Part shown: one piece after another, positions 1-11,614 of the stretch
How positions within the stretch are numbered: the stretch's first letter is position 1
Layout of the letters: every line of letters starts with the position of its first letter
Assembly (NCBI RefSeq): GCF_004010195.1
Contig: NC_057720.1
Span: forward strand, 30,562,927-30,626,926
DNA: 64,000 nt
Direction of reading: 5' to 3'
DNA from: Chiloscyllium plagiosum
Lineage: Eukaryota
Notes under the pieces: model-generated
Told to the model about the DNA's origin: nothing
What the model saw: the letters and a program-made list of their open reading frames with translations, nothing else
Databases searched by the model: none
Position numbers and translations under genes: made by a program

Positions 1-199
1 ATGAAGCATATGCAAGCATCTTCAGTCTGAAGTGCTGAGTGAATGAAACCATCTTGGTTTCCTCCTAAGATCCCAGTCTCACAGATGCCACTCTTCAGGC
101 AATTCAATTCACTCCACAATAATACCAATTAGCACTGGATACTGCAAAAACTATAGGCACCAACCACATTTCAGCAATAGTACAAAAGACTTATTTCTT

Positions 200-1230
200 C
201 AGAACTAGCAGCACTGTCAACATCTGGGGAAACCAATGACCAGAAGCTGAACTGGGCCGGTGATATAAATAATGTGGCTACAAGAAGGTCAGAGGCTAAT
301 AATTCAGTAATAAGCACTCACTTCCTGTCTCCACTATGCTTGTCCGCTATCTGCGAGGCACAGATCAAGAGTGTGATGGAGATCTCCTCACTTGTCTGGG
401 TGGGTGAAGATACACACAAGAAGCTCAATGTCATCCAAGACAAAGCCCCCCATTTAATTACACCCATCCATTATCTTTATCAATCACTCCCTTCACCACT
501 GACATACAGTAGCAGCAATACATACTATCTACAAAATGTACTGCAACAACACTCCACAAGGAAAAACCTGATAAGACTTCCAAACGACACATTATGGTCT
601 GAGTCATCTCGCATGAGTTGTAATTTTGGGTTCAGGTCATTTTGAGTAGAATTGTAGTAGTTCTTTTTAATCAACCTGTTTGGACATGTTATGAAACACC
701 TTAGCAGCAGGTGGGACCTGAACCTCGACCTTCTGGCCCAGAGAACATAAGAACCAGGAGCAGGAGTAGGCCCGTCTGGCCCTTCCAGCCTGCTCTGCCA
801 TTCAATAAGATCATGGCTGATCTTTTCATGGCCTAAGGTCTACTTATCCACCCTCTCACTATAACCCTTCATTCCTTTACTGTTCAAAGAAAAGGTCGGA
901 GCATGCACCACAATAACAAATCATCTTACATACTTTGAGATGAACACCAGTACATTCATTTCCCCAAGATTTCTCTGACAGCACCCTCCAAACCTGTACA
1001 CTCTATTAAACTGGAAGTGCAGCTGAACACCACCTGTAATTCACACACCACTCTAACTTGGAACTATATCACCATTCTTTCAGTATGGCTGTGTCAAAAT
1101 CTTGGAAAATCCCCTCTGAGAACACATGAACTGCACAGGTTCAAGGCAGCAGCTCAGACCACCTTCTGAGCAACTAGAGATTAGGCGATAAATACTGGCA
1201 CGGTCACCCATGCCCACATTTCATAAATAG
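200..1230 (+). mobile_element. Old LINE 3' remnant (CR1/L2-like), interrupted by smaller insertions
   Basis: Degenerate RT C-terminal text (AQIKSVME...KKLNVIQDKA). Homologous pieces recur at about 33000-33360 and 53230-54440. Confidence 0.55.
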
Positions 1231-1387
1231 TCTTTTTAAACAAAGTGGTGGAATAAAAATAGCTTTCCATTGCTCGTAGTTTGGACAAATGTTTCTCTAT
1301 CTCTCTGTTCAGCCCAGAGAGGATACTATCCCCCATGGTCTGCGATATCTCTGTATCTCGTTGATTCAGTTCCTGCAGCCTACATCC

Positions 1388-1419
<32 letters not shown>

Positions 1420-1432
1420 CACACTCACTCAC
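1388..1432. repeat. Compound microsatellite (TG)n(TA)n(CA/CACT)n
   Basis: Seen directly. Confidence 0.9.
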
Positions 1433-2294
1433 TCCCTCTGACTCAGTCCTCTCCATTCTTGGTATATATACAGATTCGGGTGTCTCTCTCTCTTTCTCTC
1501 TCTGAGAGTATGATCAACATCTGCAGGGCGTGGTTTTAAATTCAAGCTGTTTGTAATTAAACAAGAAAATACTCCTCTGAGCTGGTTCTCCAAGATTCGC
1601 TCACTCTTCAATCTCTCTGACATTTCAACCCCAGTGAAGCAAGCATTTTGTTCCTGCACTAAAAAGATCTTTCTTTCAAAAAAATCAGCCGGCTAATTGT
1701 AAAAGTGCCAAATTCTAGCGGCCCGAACGAATTCAGTTAAAGCTTGCTTTTATTTCTCGTCCGAATCTCAACAGCACAGCGCCTTACCAGCTTGAAAATT
1801 CCTTATCATTTCACATGGCGTTGACACAATGGTTTCTTTGCTGAATTTAGTCAGTTTCAGGAGAAAAAAAACAAGTCACACGACCCCACTCCCTCCCCTC
1901 CCCTTTCCTCTCCTCTCCTCACCCCTCCCCTCCCCTCTCTTCTCTCCTCATAGCTTTCCCTGCCTCTGCATATCACATTTCCTGTTGAAGGTTACTGCTG
2001 AAGCTGTTTCCAGCATCATCTCAGACAGATAGTAACAACTGGCTGTGTGAAGACATTCATCATTCTTGCCTAATTCTTGTCAGGGTTCAGCTGGAACATT
2101 GTGTGCAGTTCCGAGTGCTACATGTATTGAACAGTGCCTGAAAGAGGTCTGCAAGAGTGAGAAATTTCTGCTGTGAGGATAGGTTAGAGAAGTAGGGACA
2201 GACTGAAAAGAGATTGGATTGACGTTGTTAAAATCATTAAGGGGTCTGCACAGAGTATAAGGAAGTAAATGTTTTAAGAGGTCGTCTACATTTA

Positions 2295-2420
2295 GGGGGA
2301 GAAAGTGAGGACTGCAGATACTGGAGATCAGAGCTGAAAATGTGTTGCTGGAAAAGCGCAGCAGGTCAGGCAGCATCCAAGGAGCAGGAGAATCGACGTT
2401 TCGGGCATGAGCCCATCTTC
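2295..2420 (-). mobile_element. Short PLE terminal fragment inside an old CR1 remnant (about 2100-2700)
   Basis: TSD AGGTCGTC(T/G)ACATTTA at 2279-2294 and 2421-2436. Similar to the 3' ends of the GIY-YIG elements at 30156-30828 and 48740-49500. Confidence 0.75.
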
Positions 2421-3007
2421 AGGTCGTCGACATTTAAGCTGTTTTGCAAAGGAGGCAATTACAAGATTAAAAAAAACTTTTTCACGCAGCAATTAGTTAG
2501 GGTCAGACAATGTGGTGGAGGTAAGTTCAATTGAAGCATTCAGAAGGGCGTTGAGATGATTATGTAAATAGAAGCAATATGCAGGGTTACGGAGGAAAGA
2601 CCCAGATTGACATTAAATCAAAATGGTTTGAGAGCTAGTACCAGCATGGTGGGTCGAATGGCCTCCTGCTACACACCATAACAGTCCTATTATTCTGTGA
2701 TTCCTTTGTGTATTAGATGAATCTAACCCTGGCAACCCATCCTGCAGTTCATACCATTTGGCATTTAATCTCTTTCAGAGCCATTTTCATGCTAAATTTC
2801 CTTAATGATTACTGCTCAAGAGAATCCCACTGAACCACATAACTCTTTGTATATTGTATTTTAACAGTTTTTCTTCTTTTTCTTTCTTCTATTTTTAAAA
2901 TCATAAGTATATAATGCATAAAGAAATAATTGCATTTAGATAGCACCTATTGCAATCTCAGGATGTTCTAAAGCTCCTTACAGCCAAGGAAGTACTTTTG
3001 GAATGTA

Positions 3008-4694
3008 AAAAAATCACACAACACCAGATTATAGTCCAATCTGTAGCCAGTCAGTCAATGTGACATCTTGTAATTTTCTGCTTTGGAAATAAAACCAGTC
3101 TGACTCCAGTTGGGATGCAAGACAGAGTCTAACCTCACACCTTTAGTGCATTGTCAGAGCTGAAATGTCACCTTTTTTTAATCCACTGATGAAACCTTAA
3201 ATTATCTCAGGGCTGTGACTTGAAAGAAATTCTGGGATTTACATATTAATCAGTCAAAACCTGCGTCGACATTCTAACTTGATTGAGATGTTTGAAAAAG
3301 TAACAAAGAGGATTGATGGGGGCAGAGCAGTGGACATGATCTATATGGACTTCAGTAAGGCATTCAACAAGGTTCCCCATGGGAGACTGGTTAGCAAGGT
3401 TAGATCTCATGGAATACAGGGAGAACTAGCCATTTGGATACAGAACTAGCTCGAAGGTAGAAGACAGAGGGTGGTGGTGGAGGGTTGTTTTTCAGTCTGG
3501 AGGCCTGTGACCAGTGGAGTGCCACAAGGATCGGTGCTAGGCCCACTACTGTTCATCATTTATGTAAATGATTTGGATGTGAGTATAAGAGGTATAGTTA
3601 GTAAGTTTGCAGATGACACCAAAATTGGAGGTGTAGTGGACAGCAAAGAAAGTTACCTCCGATTACAATGAGATCTTGATCAGATGGGCCAATGGGCTGA
3701 GGAGTGGCAGATGGGAGTTTAATTTAGATAAATGCGAGGTGCTGCATTTTGGGAAAGCAAATCTTAGCAGGGCTTATACACTTAATGGTAAAGTCCTAGA
3801 GAGTGTTGCTGAACAAAGAGATCTTGGAGTGCTGGTTCATAGCTCCTTGAAAGTAGAATCGCAGGTAGATAGGATAATGAAAAAGACGTTTGGTATGCTT
3901 TCATTTATTGGTCAGAGTATTGAGTATAGGAGTTCAGAGGTCATGGTGTGGCTGTACAGGACATTGGTTAAGCCAATTTTGGAATATTGCGTGTATTTCT
4001 GGTCTCCTTCCTATTAGAAGGATGTTGTGAAACTTGAAAGGGTTCAGAAAAGATTCCCTGGAGTGTCGGAGGCTGAGGGGTGACCTCATAGATGTTTATA
4101 AAATCAAGAGGTCCATGGATAGAATAATTAGACAAAGTCTTTTCCCTGGAATGAGGGAGTCCAGAACGAGAGGGCATAGGTTTAGGGTGAAAGGGGCAAG
4201 ATATAAAAGAGACCTAAAGGGCAACTGTTTCACACAGAGGGTGGTACGTGTATGGAATGAGCTGCCAGAGGAAGTGGTGGACGCTGATAAAATTGCACTG
4301 TTTAAAAGACATCTGGATGGGTATATGACTAGGAAGGGTTGAGAGGTATATGGGCCAACTGCTGGCAAATAGGACTAGATTAGGTTGGGATATCTTGTCG
4401 GCATGGATGAGTTGAACCGAAGGGTCTGTTTCCGTACTGTACATCTCTGTGATTCTATGATTTTAAGTGATTAAAGACTTAGCCATCTAGGTTTGTCTAA
4501 TACATCACATCAGCTGTATGACAATTTGATCTTTTACTTATAAATTCTGTGTCCGACGTACCTGCCCTACTAGCTACCTGACGAAGGAGCAACACTCCAA
4601 AATCTCGCACTTTCAAATAAACCTGTTGGACTATAACCTGGTGTTGTGTGATCTTTAACTTTGTCCACCCCAGTCCAACACTGGCACCTCCATA
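3008..4694. mobile_element. Penelope-like terminal-repeat fragment, split by the CR1
   Basis: 12-bp TSD TTTTGGAATGTA (2996-3007 and 4695-4706). Short inverted piece at the 5' side. Decayed hammerhead core at 4578-4602. Related copies at about 34945-35050 and 38250-38430. Confidence 0.65.
3278..4462 (+). mobile_element. CR1/HER1-like LINE 3' fragment nested in a PLE fragment
   Basis: GVPQGSVLGP and FADDTK; typical tail ending in GATTCTATGATT. Confidence 0.92.
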
Positions 4695-4734
4695 TTTTGG
4701 AATGTAGTCACTGTTGTAGGAAACACGTTCACAT

Positions 4735-5038
4735 GGGGTGGCCCAGTGATTAGCACTGCTGCCTCACAGCACCAGGGACCCGGTTTCAATTCCTGCTTCG
4801 GGCAACTGTCTGTGGAGTTTGCACATTCTCCCTGTGTCTGTGTGGGTTTCCTTCGGGTGCTCTGGTTTCCTCCCACAGTCCAAAGATGTACAAGTTAGGT
4901 GAATTGGCCATGTTAAATTGCTAGGTGCATTAGTTGGGGTGAATGTAGGGGAATGGGTCTGGATGGGTTGCTCTTCTGACGGTCGGTGTGGACTTGTTGG
5001 GCCGAAGGGCCTGTTTCCATACAGTAGGGAATCTAATC
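4735..5038 (+). mobile_element. HE1-like SINE
   Basis: tRNA-like A/B-box head, central GTGGAGTTTGCACATTCTCCC (V-domain-like), 3' tail shared with the local CR1/HER1 LINEs, ending in (ATCTA)n. Confidence 0.85.
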
Positions 5039-5569
5039 TGCCGAGGCAGCCTGTGGAGCCACATCAGTGTGTTAACCAGTTCCTTTTCCGGCCAGGTGTC
5101 ATTTTAAAATTCTTATCATTGCTTTAAAACTATCTTCAAGGACATGCCCTTCATACTCAGTGTAATCTCCTCCATCCCAACAATTTACAATCCACATGCA
5201 GCCACCAACCAATTCATGGACTATTCCTAGTTGATATCAAAATTCCAAGCTTCGTTCAGCTTAGGACAAACACAATCATGTTTTGAATTATTGCAGAAGA
5301 TACGAGCCCATGTCTTGTGATCAGTCTTGGAGTCACTGCAAACAACCCTGGGCAGGGAGAAAACTAGCCACTTCCCTGGTTACGTTTAAACAGGCTAGAC
5401 CTCTGATCTCGGATGCAGAAAACCTCCCTCAGATCAGTGATCAACACAGACACCTGCCAAGAAGATCAGCACACAACATAAGCCCCAGTTTGACATTAGC
5501 TGCTATTTTGTGAAATGTATTCAAAGGTACTGTCTTCCTCTGAATAAGAGTAGGTTAATGAATGGATAA

Positions 5570-6350
5570 GTGGGTGAAGTGTATTAGCTGGGCAGGTGGA
5601 TACATGGCTGAAATGGATATTTGGCTGAGTGTGTTGGTAGGTGAATGGATTGGCGGTAATATTGGTGAGGTGGATAGTGAGTTAAAGCATAGGTGGTAAT
5701 GTTGGTGAGATGGGTAGTGAGTGAATGGGTAGGTGGTAATGTTGGTGAGGTGGGTAGTGAGTGAATGGTAGGTGGTGATCTGGGGTGGGATGGGTAGTGA
5801 GTGAATGCGTAGGCGGTAATGTTGGTGNNNNNNNNNNNNNNNNNNNNNNNNNNNNNNNNNNNNNNNNNNNNNNNNNNNNNNNNNNNNNNNNNNNNNNNNN
5901 NNNNNNNNNNNNNNNNNNNNNNNNNNNNNNNNNNNNNNNNNNNNNNNNNNNNNNNNNNNNNNNNNNNNNNNNNNNNNNNNNNNNNNNNNNNNNNNNNNNN
6001 NNNNNNNNNNNNNNNNNNNNNNNNNNNNNNNNNNNNNNNNNNNNNNNNNNNNNNNNNNNNNNNNNNNNNNNNNNNNNNNNNNNNNNNNNNNNNNNNNNNN
6101 NNNNNNNNNNNNNNNNNNNNNNNNNNNNNNNNNNNNNNNNNNNNNNNNNNNNNNNNNNNNNNNNNNNNNNNNNNNNNNNNNNNNNNNNNNNNNNNNNNNN
6201 NNNNNNNNNNNNNNNNNNNNNNNNNNNNNNNNNNNNNNNNNNNNNNNNNNNTGTGTTGATGGCAATGTGAGTGAGGTGGGTAGTGTGAGTGGGTAGGTGG
6301 TAATGTTGGTGAGGTGGGTAGTGAGTGATTAAGTGGTGATGTGGGTGAGA
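5570..6350. repeat. G/T-rich minisatellite (about 40-bp unit) spanning an assembly gap (N 5828-6251)
   Basis: Unit GGTGGTAATGTTGGTGAGGTGGGTAGTGAGTGAATGGGTA recurs with period about 40 on both sides of the gap. Confidence 0.85.
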
Positions 6351-9300
6351 TGGGAGAGGTGTGTATGTGGTCAGGTTGAGTGGTGGTTGGGTCTGATTAG
6401 GCATTCAGGTGGATCTGAGTTGGTTTTGAATATGTGATTGGGAGATTGTTGAGCTGGGTCGGAGGGTGAGGTCTAGTGGTTTTTGTCAAGTCAGGAGAGT
6501 AATCAGATTGTTGGGGTGATAGTTGGAAGCATGTTAGTTGAGTTGGAGAGGGTAGACAAAAGATTAATGAGGGTAGTTCAGGGAGACTAGTGGTGGTCTG
6601 TGTTAGAGCAGGTTTTAATCTGTCTCACATTTCTTGGAGACCTATCCTGGTAAATACCATGGAGATTCCTAAGTTTTAACTCTAATTCAGAAGGAGAGAC
6701 TTAGCACACATTCCTTAAGAGGTTGGGGGGGAGGGGTGGGATTCTCCTTCAGAAGTTTAAAGTTCCTTCTCAATTACAATATAAGTACACATGCTAGCCC
6801 AGTCACCCAGAGGCCAGGTGATTTGGCCTCATGATCTTTGAGCCATACAGTCAATTGAAACCTTGGTTTTGAATGAATTATGTCGATTTTGCCATGATTT
6901 ACTGCAGTAGTCTCGGTTCAGGAGGGGAAAATTGGTTAGAGTTCCTATTTTTGATTCTTATTAGGTGGCTCCCTGGTCTGGACCTGTGTAGCAAGAACAA
7001 AATCACACTGACAATGACATTATTTAGGTGACTTCAGCTCTTTTTTTTCTTAACTTTCATCATAAAATACCTAAACTTTCTATAACCTAAAGTAGAACGT
7101 GCACGAAGAAAATCTGAGAGTCGATCATGAGCAAGCAATTGATCTGTTTATTGTTGCTCAATTTGTACAGGGAAAGTTTACTTTAAGAAATATCAATTCA
7201 GAAGGTAATTAATAGTACCTAGATCTGACACTTCTGTAAACAACAAGCTTTGTCTTAAAAAATAAAACAATAACAATTATTGAAGTCTGTCCAAATGATA
7301 CACCATCTTTGAAATAGCTAACCAAAGGATTAAAAAGACAGACCTACTGACCCTTTGATTGAAGATCTTCTGGAAAATATGAAAAACACTTTTCAAATGG
7401 GCTGCTGGATTCTTCCATACATCGAATTTATTTGGCTGACATGATATTCCCATCCATTTTGTCTCCGATGGTTATGTCACAGCCATAACTCATTTAGCCA
7501 TTCTATTCAATTCTTACATTCTTAAAGTAAAAACTCTCTAAAATAATTTGTGTCTTTTGACAAGTCAGTCTTTGAGATAGAGAATTTTTTCAACAAGTCA
7601 AGTTCTCAGGTGAATTTAGTAAAGCAAGCACTGTTTAACAAATGCTAACTCTACCAGGATTATTCTGATCAGATTATATAATTGATTCAATGCTCAGTGA
7701 CACACAGTATCAATCTCTTAGCATTGCATGTTCTTGGTCAAGCTATTTGTTCAGCTCAGTATGCCAATAAGTAAGGAACCTTTTTGTACTCTGTGCAGAA
7801 TTAATTCTCTGAAGTATACAATTGTACAATTTCCTTTGAGAGAAATAAATTACATAATCTATGGGTGATAACACATATATGTTTTCGAAAAATCATGTGA
7901 TGATTCCTGTTAAAATAGTCGATATATTCAACATTAATAATTGTCACCAATCGAAGGTGCTTGAGGGCAATGGTTTTACTTCTTGCTAATCGAAAGACAG
8001 ATGAATATTTCACACATGAGTTCAAATCCCACCTTAGCAATTGCAGAATTCAAATTCAATTCCTGCACGTAAAATTTGATACAAGTGATGGTGACCACAA
8101 AATTTTTGAATTGTTGCACTAACCTGTAAGTCCCTAACAATGCCCTTAAATCTGATTCTTTAAGCATCCATTTTTCAATATGTTATAACAATGAAAGCAT
8201 GTAGTTCAGCAGTAGTGGAAAAATGCATTGTACAGTTTATCACTTAATAAATGATAGTGTTGAGTAATAGAAATTGCTTAGTAGTTGCAGGTGTGGCTAT
8301 TAGCAATATTTCAATACATGTCATTAACCTCAGAAGAAAACACCTTACATAGCCTCACTGCATACAAGTAAATATACTATACATCCGTATATTTGCGAAT
8401 CAAATATTTACCTGCATTCAATAACAAAAGAAGGAAAGCAATCACAACGATTAAAAAGCATATGTATTTTGCTTTACCATTTTGCCACAAATGCACAGAA
8501 ATATTAAAGTACACATGCATGTAGTATGCAAATATGAGAATTGGGAATACAAACTGTACAGTAGGAATTTTAACTTCTTGTTTATTTACTGCTTAGAAAT
8601 GCAATTAGCCACTTCAGGATATTTAGCCTTATGTGGTGAACAACATGAATATGTTGTACATACAGCCATCAAATTTAAAAATTAACATGTAAATTATCCT
8701 TAATAATGAAATATAAAGCAGTATTAAAGGGCCATTTGGTTAGTACGGGCTCCATTTAGTACCAGGGAAAATAATTCTCAACTAAACTATTTAAATAATT
8801 CTTCACTTCGCCTCAATTAATCACTACTGACTGCTTGCAAAGTTCACATATGCTTTCAATTTAAAGATCATAGAACAAAATTTGATGTGAATTCCATTTG
8901 AAATACTTAGAAATAAATTATGCAATTTAAAATTTTAGCTCAAGTAAGTTCTCTATATGAAATAGGCAATTAGCAGAATCCAATTATGAGAAACATAAAA
9001 AGTATTATCACCATTTGGTACAGTTCAAAAATAGTCTTGATCCTGATAATTTCACTTATGGTGTTGTCTAACATAACATTTCTTTAATGAATCAACCATA
9101 ATTTAAATTGATGTGGAACTTTCTTTTCATTCTTTAGTAGAATGTGGGGTGTCACTGGCATGGCTAGCATTTATTGTCTTTCCCTAATTTCTATAGCTGA
9201 ATATTTTTTCAATTATTTCAAACGGTAATTAAGAGTGATGGATTGTACTTAAACTCATGATTCCAGAGCGTCTTGGGATACTAGACCAGTGACATTACTG

Positions 9301-9565
9301 TTAAATCACCATCTTCCTCCTCCATAACTTACCCAATCCTGTAAACTGTCACACATATTGAGTAATCTCAAAGTCACTTCCCTTGTGAATCACTATATTA
9401 TTCATTGTAATCGACAACTGATTTCTTCCTCACTTTGAGCTGAGTTTTGATGTACATCTGTTACTTGTAAAACATTCACACTAATTCATACACTGTAAAC
9501 AATTCAAAGATATTGAAACTTAGAATGTATTGAACATTATGCACCTAGTCTAAACAATGATTTTG

Positions 9566-9980
9566 AGAGTCATAGAATCATAGAGCTGTGCAGCATGAAA
9601 ACAGACTCTATGGTCTCGTTCATGTTAACCAGATATCCGAAATGAATCTAGTCCCATTTGCCAATACTTGGCCCATATCCCTCTAAACCCTTCCTAATCA
9701 TATATCCATCATGATGCCTTTTAAATGTTGTAATTTTACCAGCCTCTACCACTTCCTCTGGCAGCTCATTCCGTACACGCATTACCCTCTGCGTGAAAGA
9801 TTTACCCCTTTGGTCACTTTTAAATCTTTCCTCTCTCATTTTAAATCTATGCCCTCTAGTTTTGGACACCCCACCCCAGGGAAAAGACCTTGGCTACTCA
9901 CCCTATCTTTGCCCCTCATGATTTCATAAACTTCTATAAGGTCACACCAACACTCCAGAGAAAATAACCCCAGCCTCACC
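9566..9980 (-). mobile_element. CR1/HER1-like 3' fragment
   Basis: Reverse-strand TRGH...FTQRV...NELP and CR1 tail. Confidence 0.88.
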
Positions 9981-10559
9981 CAACGGCTCTGCAGGCAGCA
10001 TCTCTGGAGAGAGAAACAATATTTCAAGTCTGACATGACACTTTTTCAGATCTCTTTATCAGAACTTTCCTTCCCAGCCTCTCTCTAATTAGCAATATGC
10101 ATATTCCATGGGACGTTTTCCTCTGTTAAAATCTTCAAACAAATGCAAGTTGTTATAATTTTTGCACATATAAAAGTATCCTATTTATTACATCATGCAC
10201 AATGGAAACTGCTGACAGAAAATTAGAAGTATGGAACATCAATTTCAAAACATCAGAAGATCCCAGAAAACCCTACAAATACATGTATTAGAAGTAAAAT
10301 TTGATTTTTTTTCTCTCACCATAAATAAGTAATTTCATTCCAAACCAACTGAATTAAATAATTCCATCCCGGAAATACAAAGGTGACAATTCCAAAAATG
10401 CTTGAAATGAAACTTCACTTTTCTTTTTACTGCCAAACACAGTTCTTGATAATATAGAAAGAACAATTGTCTAGAGTATGCAATTACAGATGATAAATGG
10501 CCAACTCCAGTGATGTGTAATTGTGTTGGTATTCAAGGCAAACTGAGATAGCAGAACTG

Positions 10560-11612
10560 CAGAGAAACCTTGATAAGGTGAAGTTTTAGGCTGCGAGGTC
10601 TCTTGTGATCCTTACTCAAAGGGCAGTGGAAGCAGAGTCTTTGAATATTTTTAAGGCAGGGGTGTAATATTCTTAATAAGCAACAGAGTGAGATGTTAGC
10701 AGAGATGGGTGAGAAGGAATGTGAATCAGGTCAGCCGTGACTTTATTAAATGTCAGAGCAGGTAAGTGGTCTACGTCTGCTCCTCGTTCATGTTTCTATA
10801 TACCATGTATTTTGAACTGCTCCTCACCTCTACGTTTACTACCATGTTGCTAGTAGAAAGAAGCCACAGATATTGTGTTGCCTTTGATAAGAACGTAAGA
10901 CATTGGAGCAGAAATAGGGTATTCAACCCATCAAATAAATCCACTCTGTCATTCAATGAGATTATGGCTGCTTTGACATTCATCAACTCTGTTCTCCTGT
11001 TTTATCTCTTTTTGATTTCCTTAATGATTAGATATCTCAGCCTGGAAGATATTTAATGACCCAGCCTCAACAGCCTTTGGAACTCCACAAATTCACCACC
11101 TTCTGAGAGAGGAAATTCTTCCTCATCCCTGTCTTAAATGGGCAACTCCTTACTCTGAGATTATGCTTTCTAGTCTCAGACTCTCTCACAAGAGGAAACA
11201 ACCTGTCTTCATCTATCTTGTCAAGTCCCTGAAGAATCTTATATGTTTCAAAAAGGTCTTCTCTGATACTTCTAAACCGCAGTAACAAGCCCAACATATT
11301 CATCCTCTCCTCATTAGAAAATCCCTCCATATTCAGATTCAACCCAAATGAACCTTCACTGGACTGCCTTTCCTTGGGTAAAGGGACCAAAACTGTTCAC
11401 AGTATTCTAAATGTGGTCTGATTAGAAACTTGTATAGTTTTAGCAAGATCTCCCTATTTTTATATCCCATTCATTTTGTATTAAGGCCAACATTCTATTT
11501 GCCTTCCTAATTACCCACTGAACTTGGAAGCTAGTTTTTTTTATTATGATTTAAGCACTAAGACCCACACATCACACCCTACTGCAGCTTTCTGTGTTCT
11601 TTCCTCATTTAA
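10560..11612. mobile_element. Older CR1-family remnants (+ at about 10560-10800, - at about 10900-11610)
   Basis: Minus-strand DLFETYKILQGLD...ETRKHNL...FLSQKVVNLW. Confidence 0.7.
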
Positions 11613-11614
11613 GT

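Noticed and set aside
5570..5827. Regularly spaced repeats as a CRISPR-like array
   Set aside because: Head-to-tail tandem units with no unique spacers, in a vertebrate genome.
5555..6404. Long ORFs in the track (146-240 aa)
   Set aside because: Artefacts of the N gap and the flanking minisatellite.
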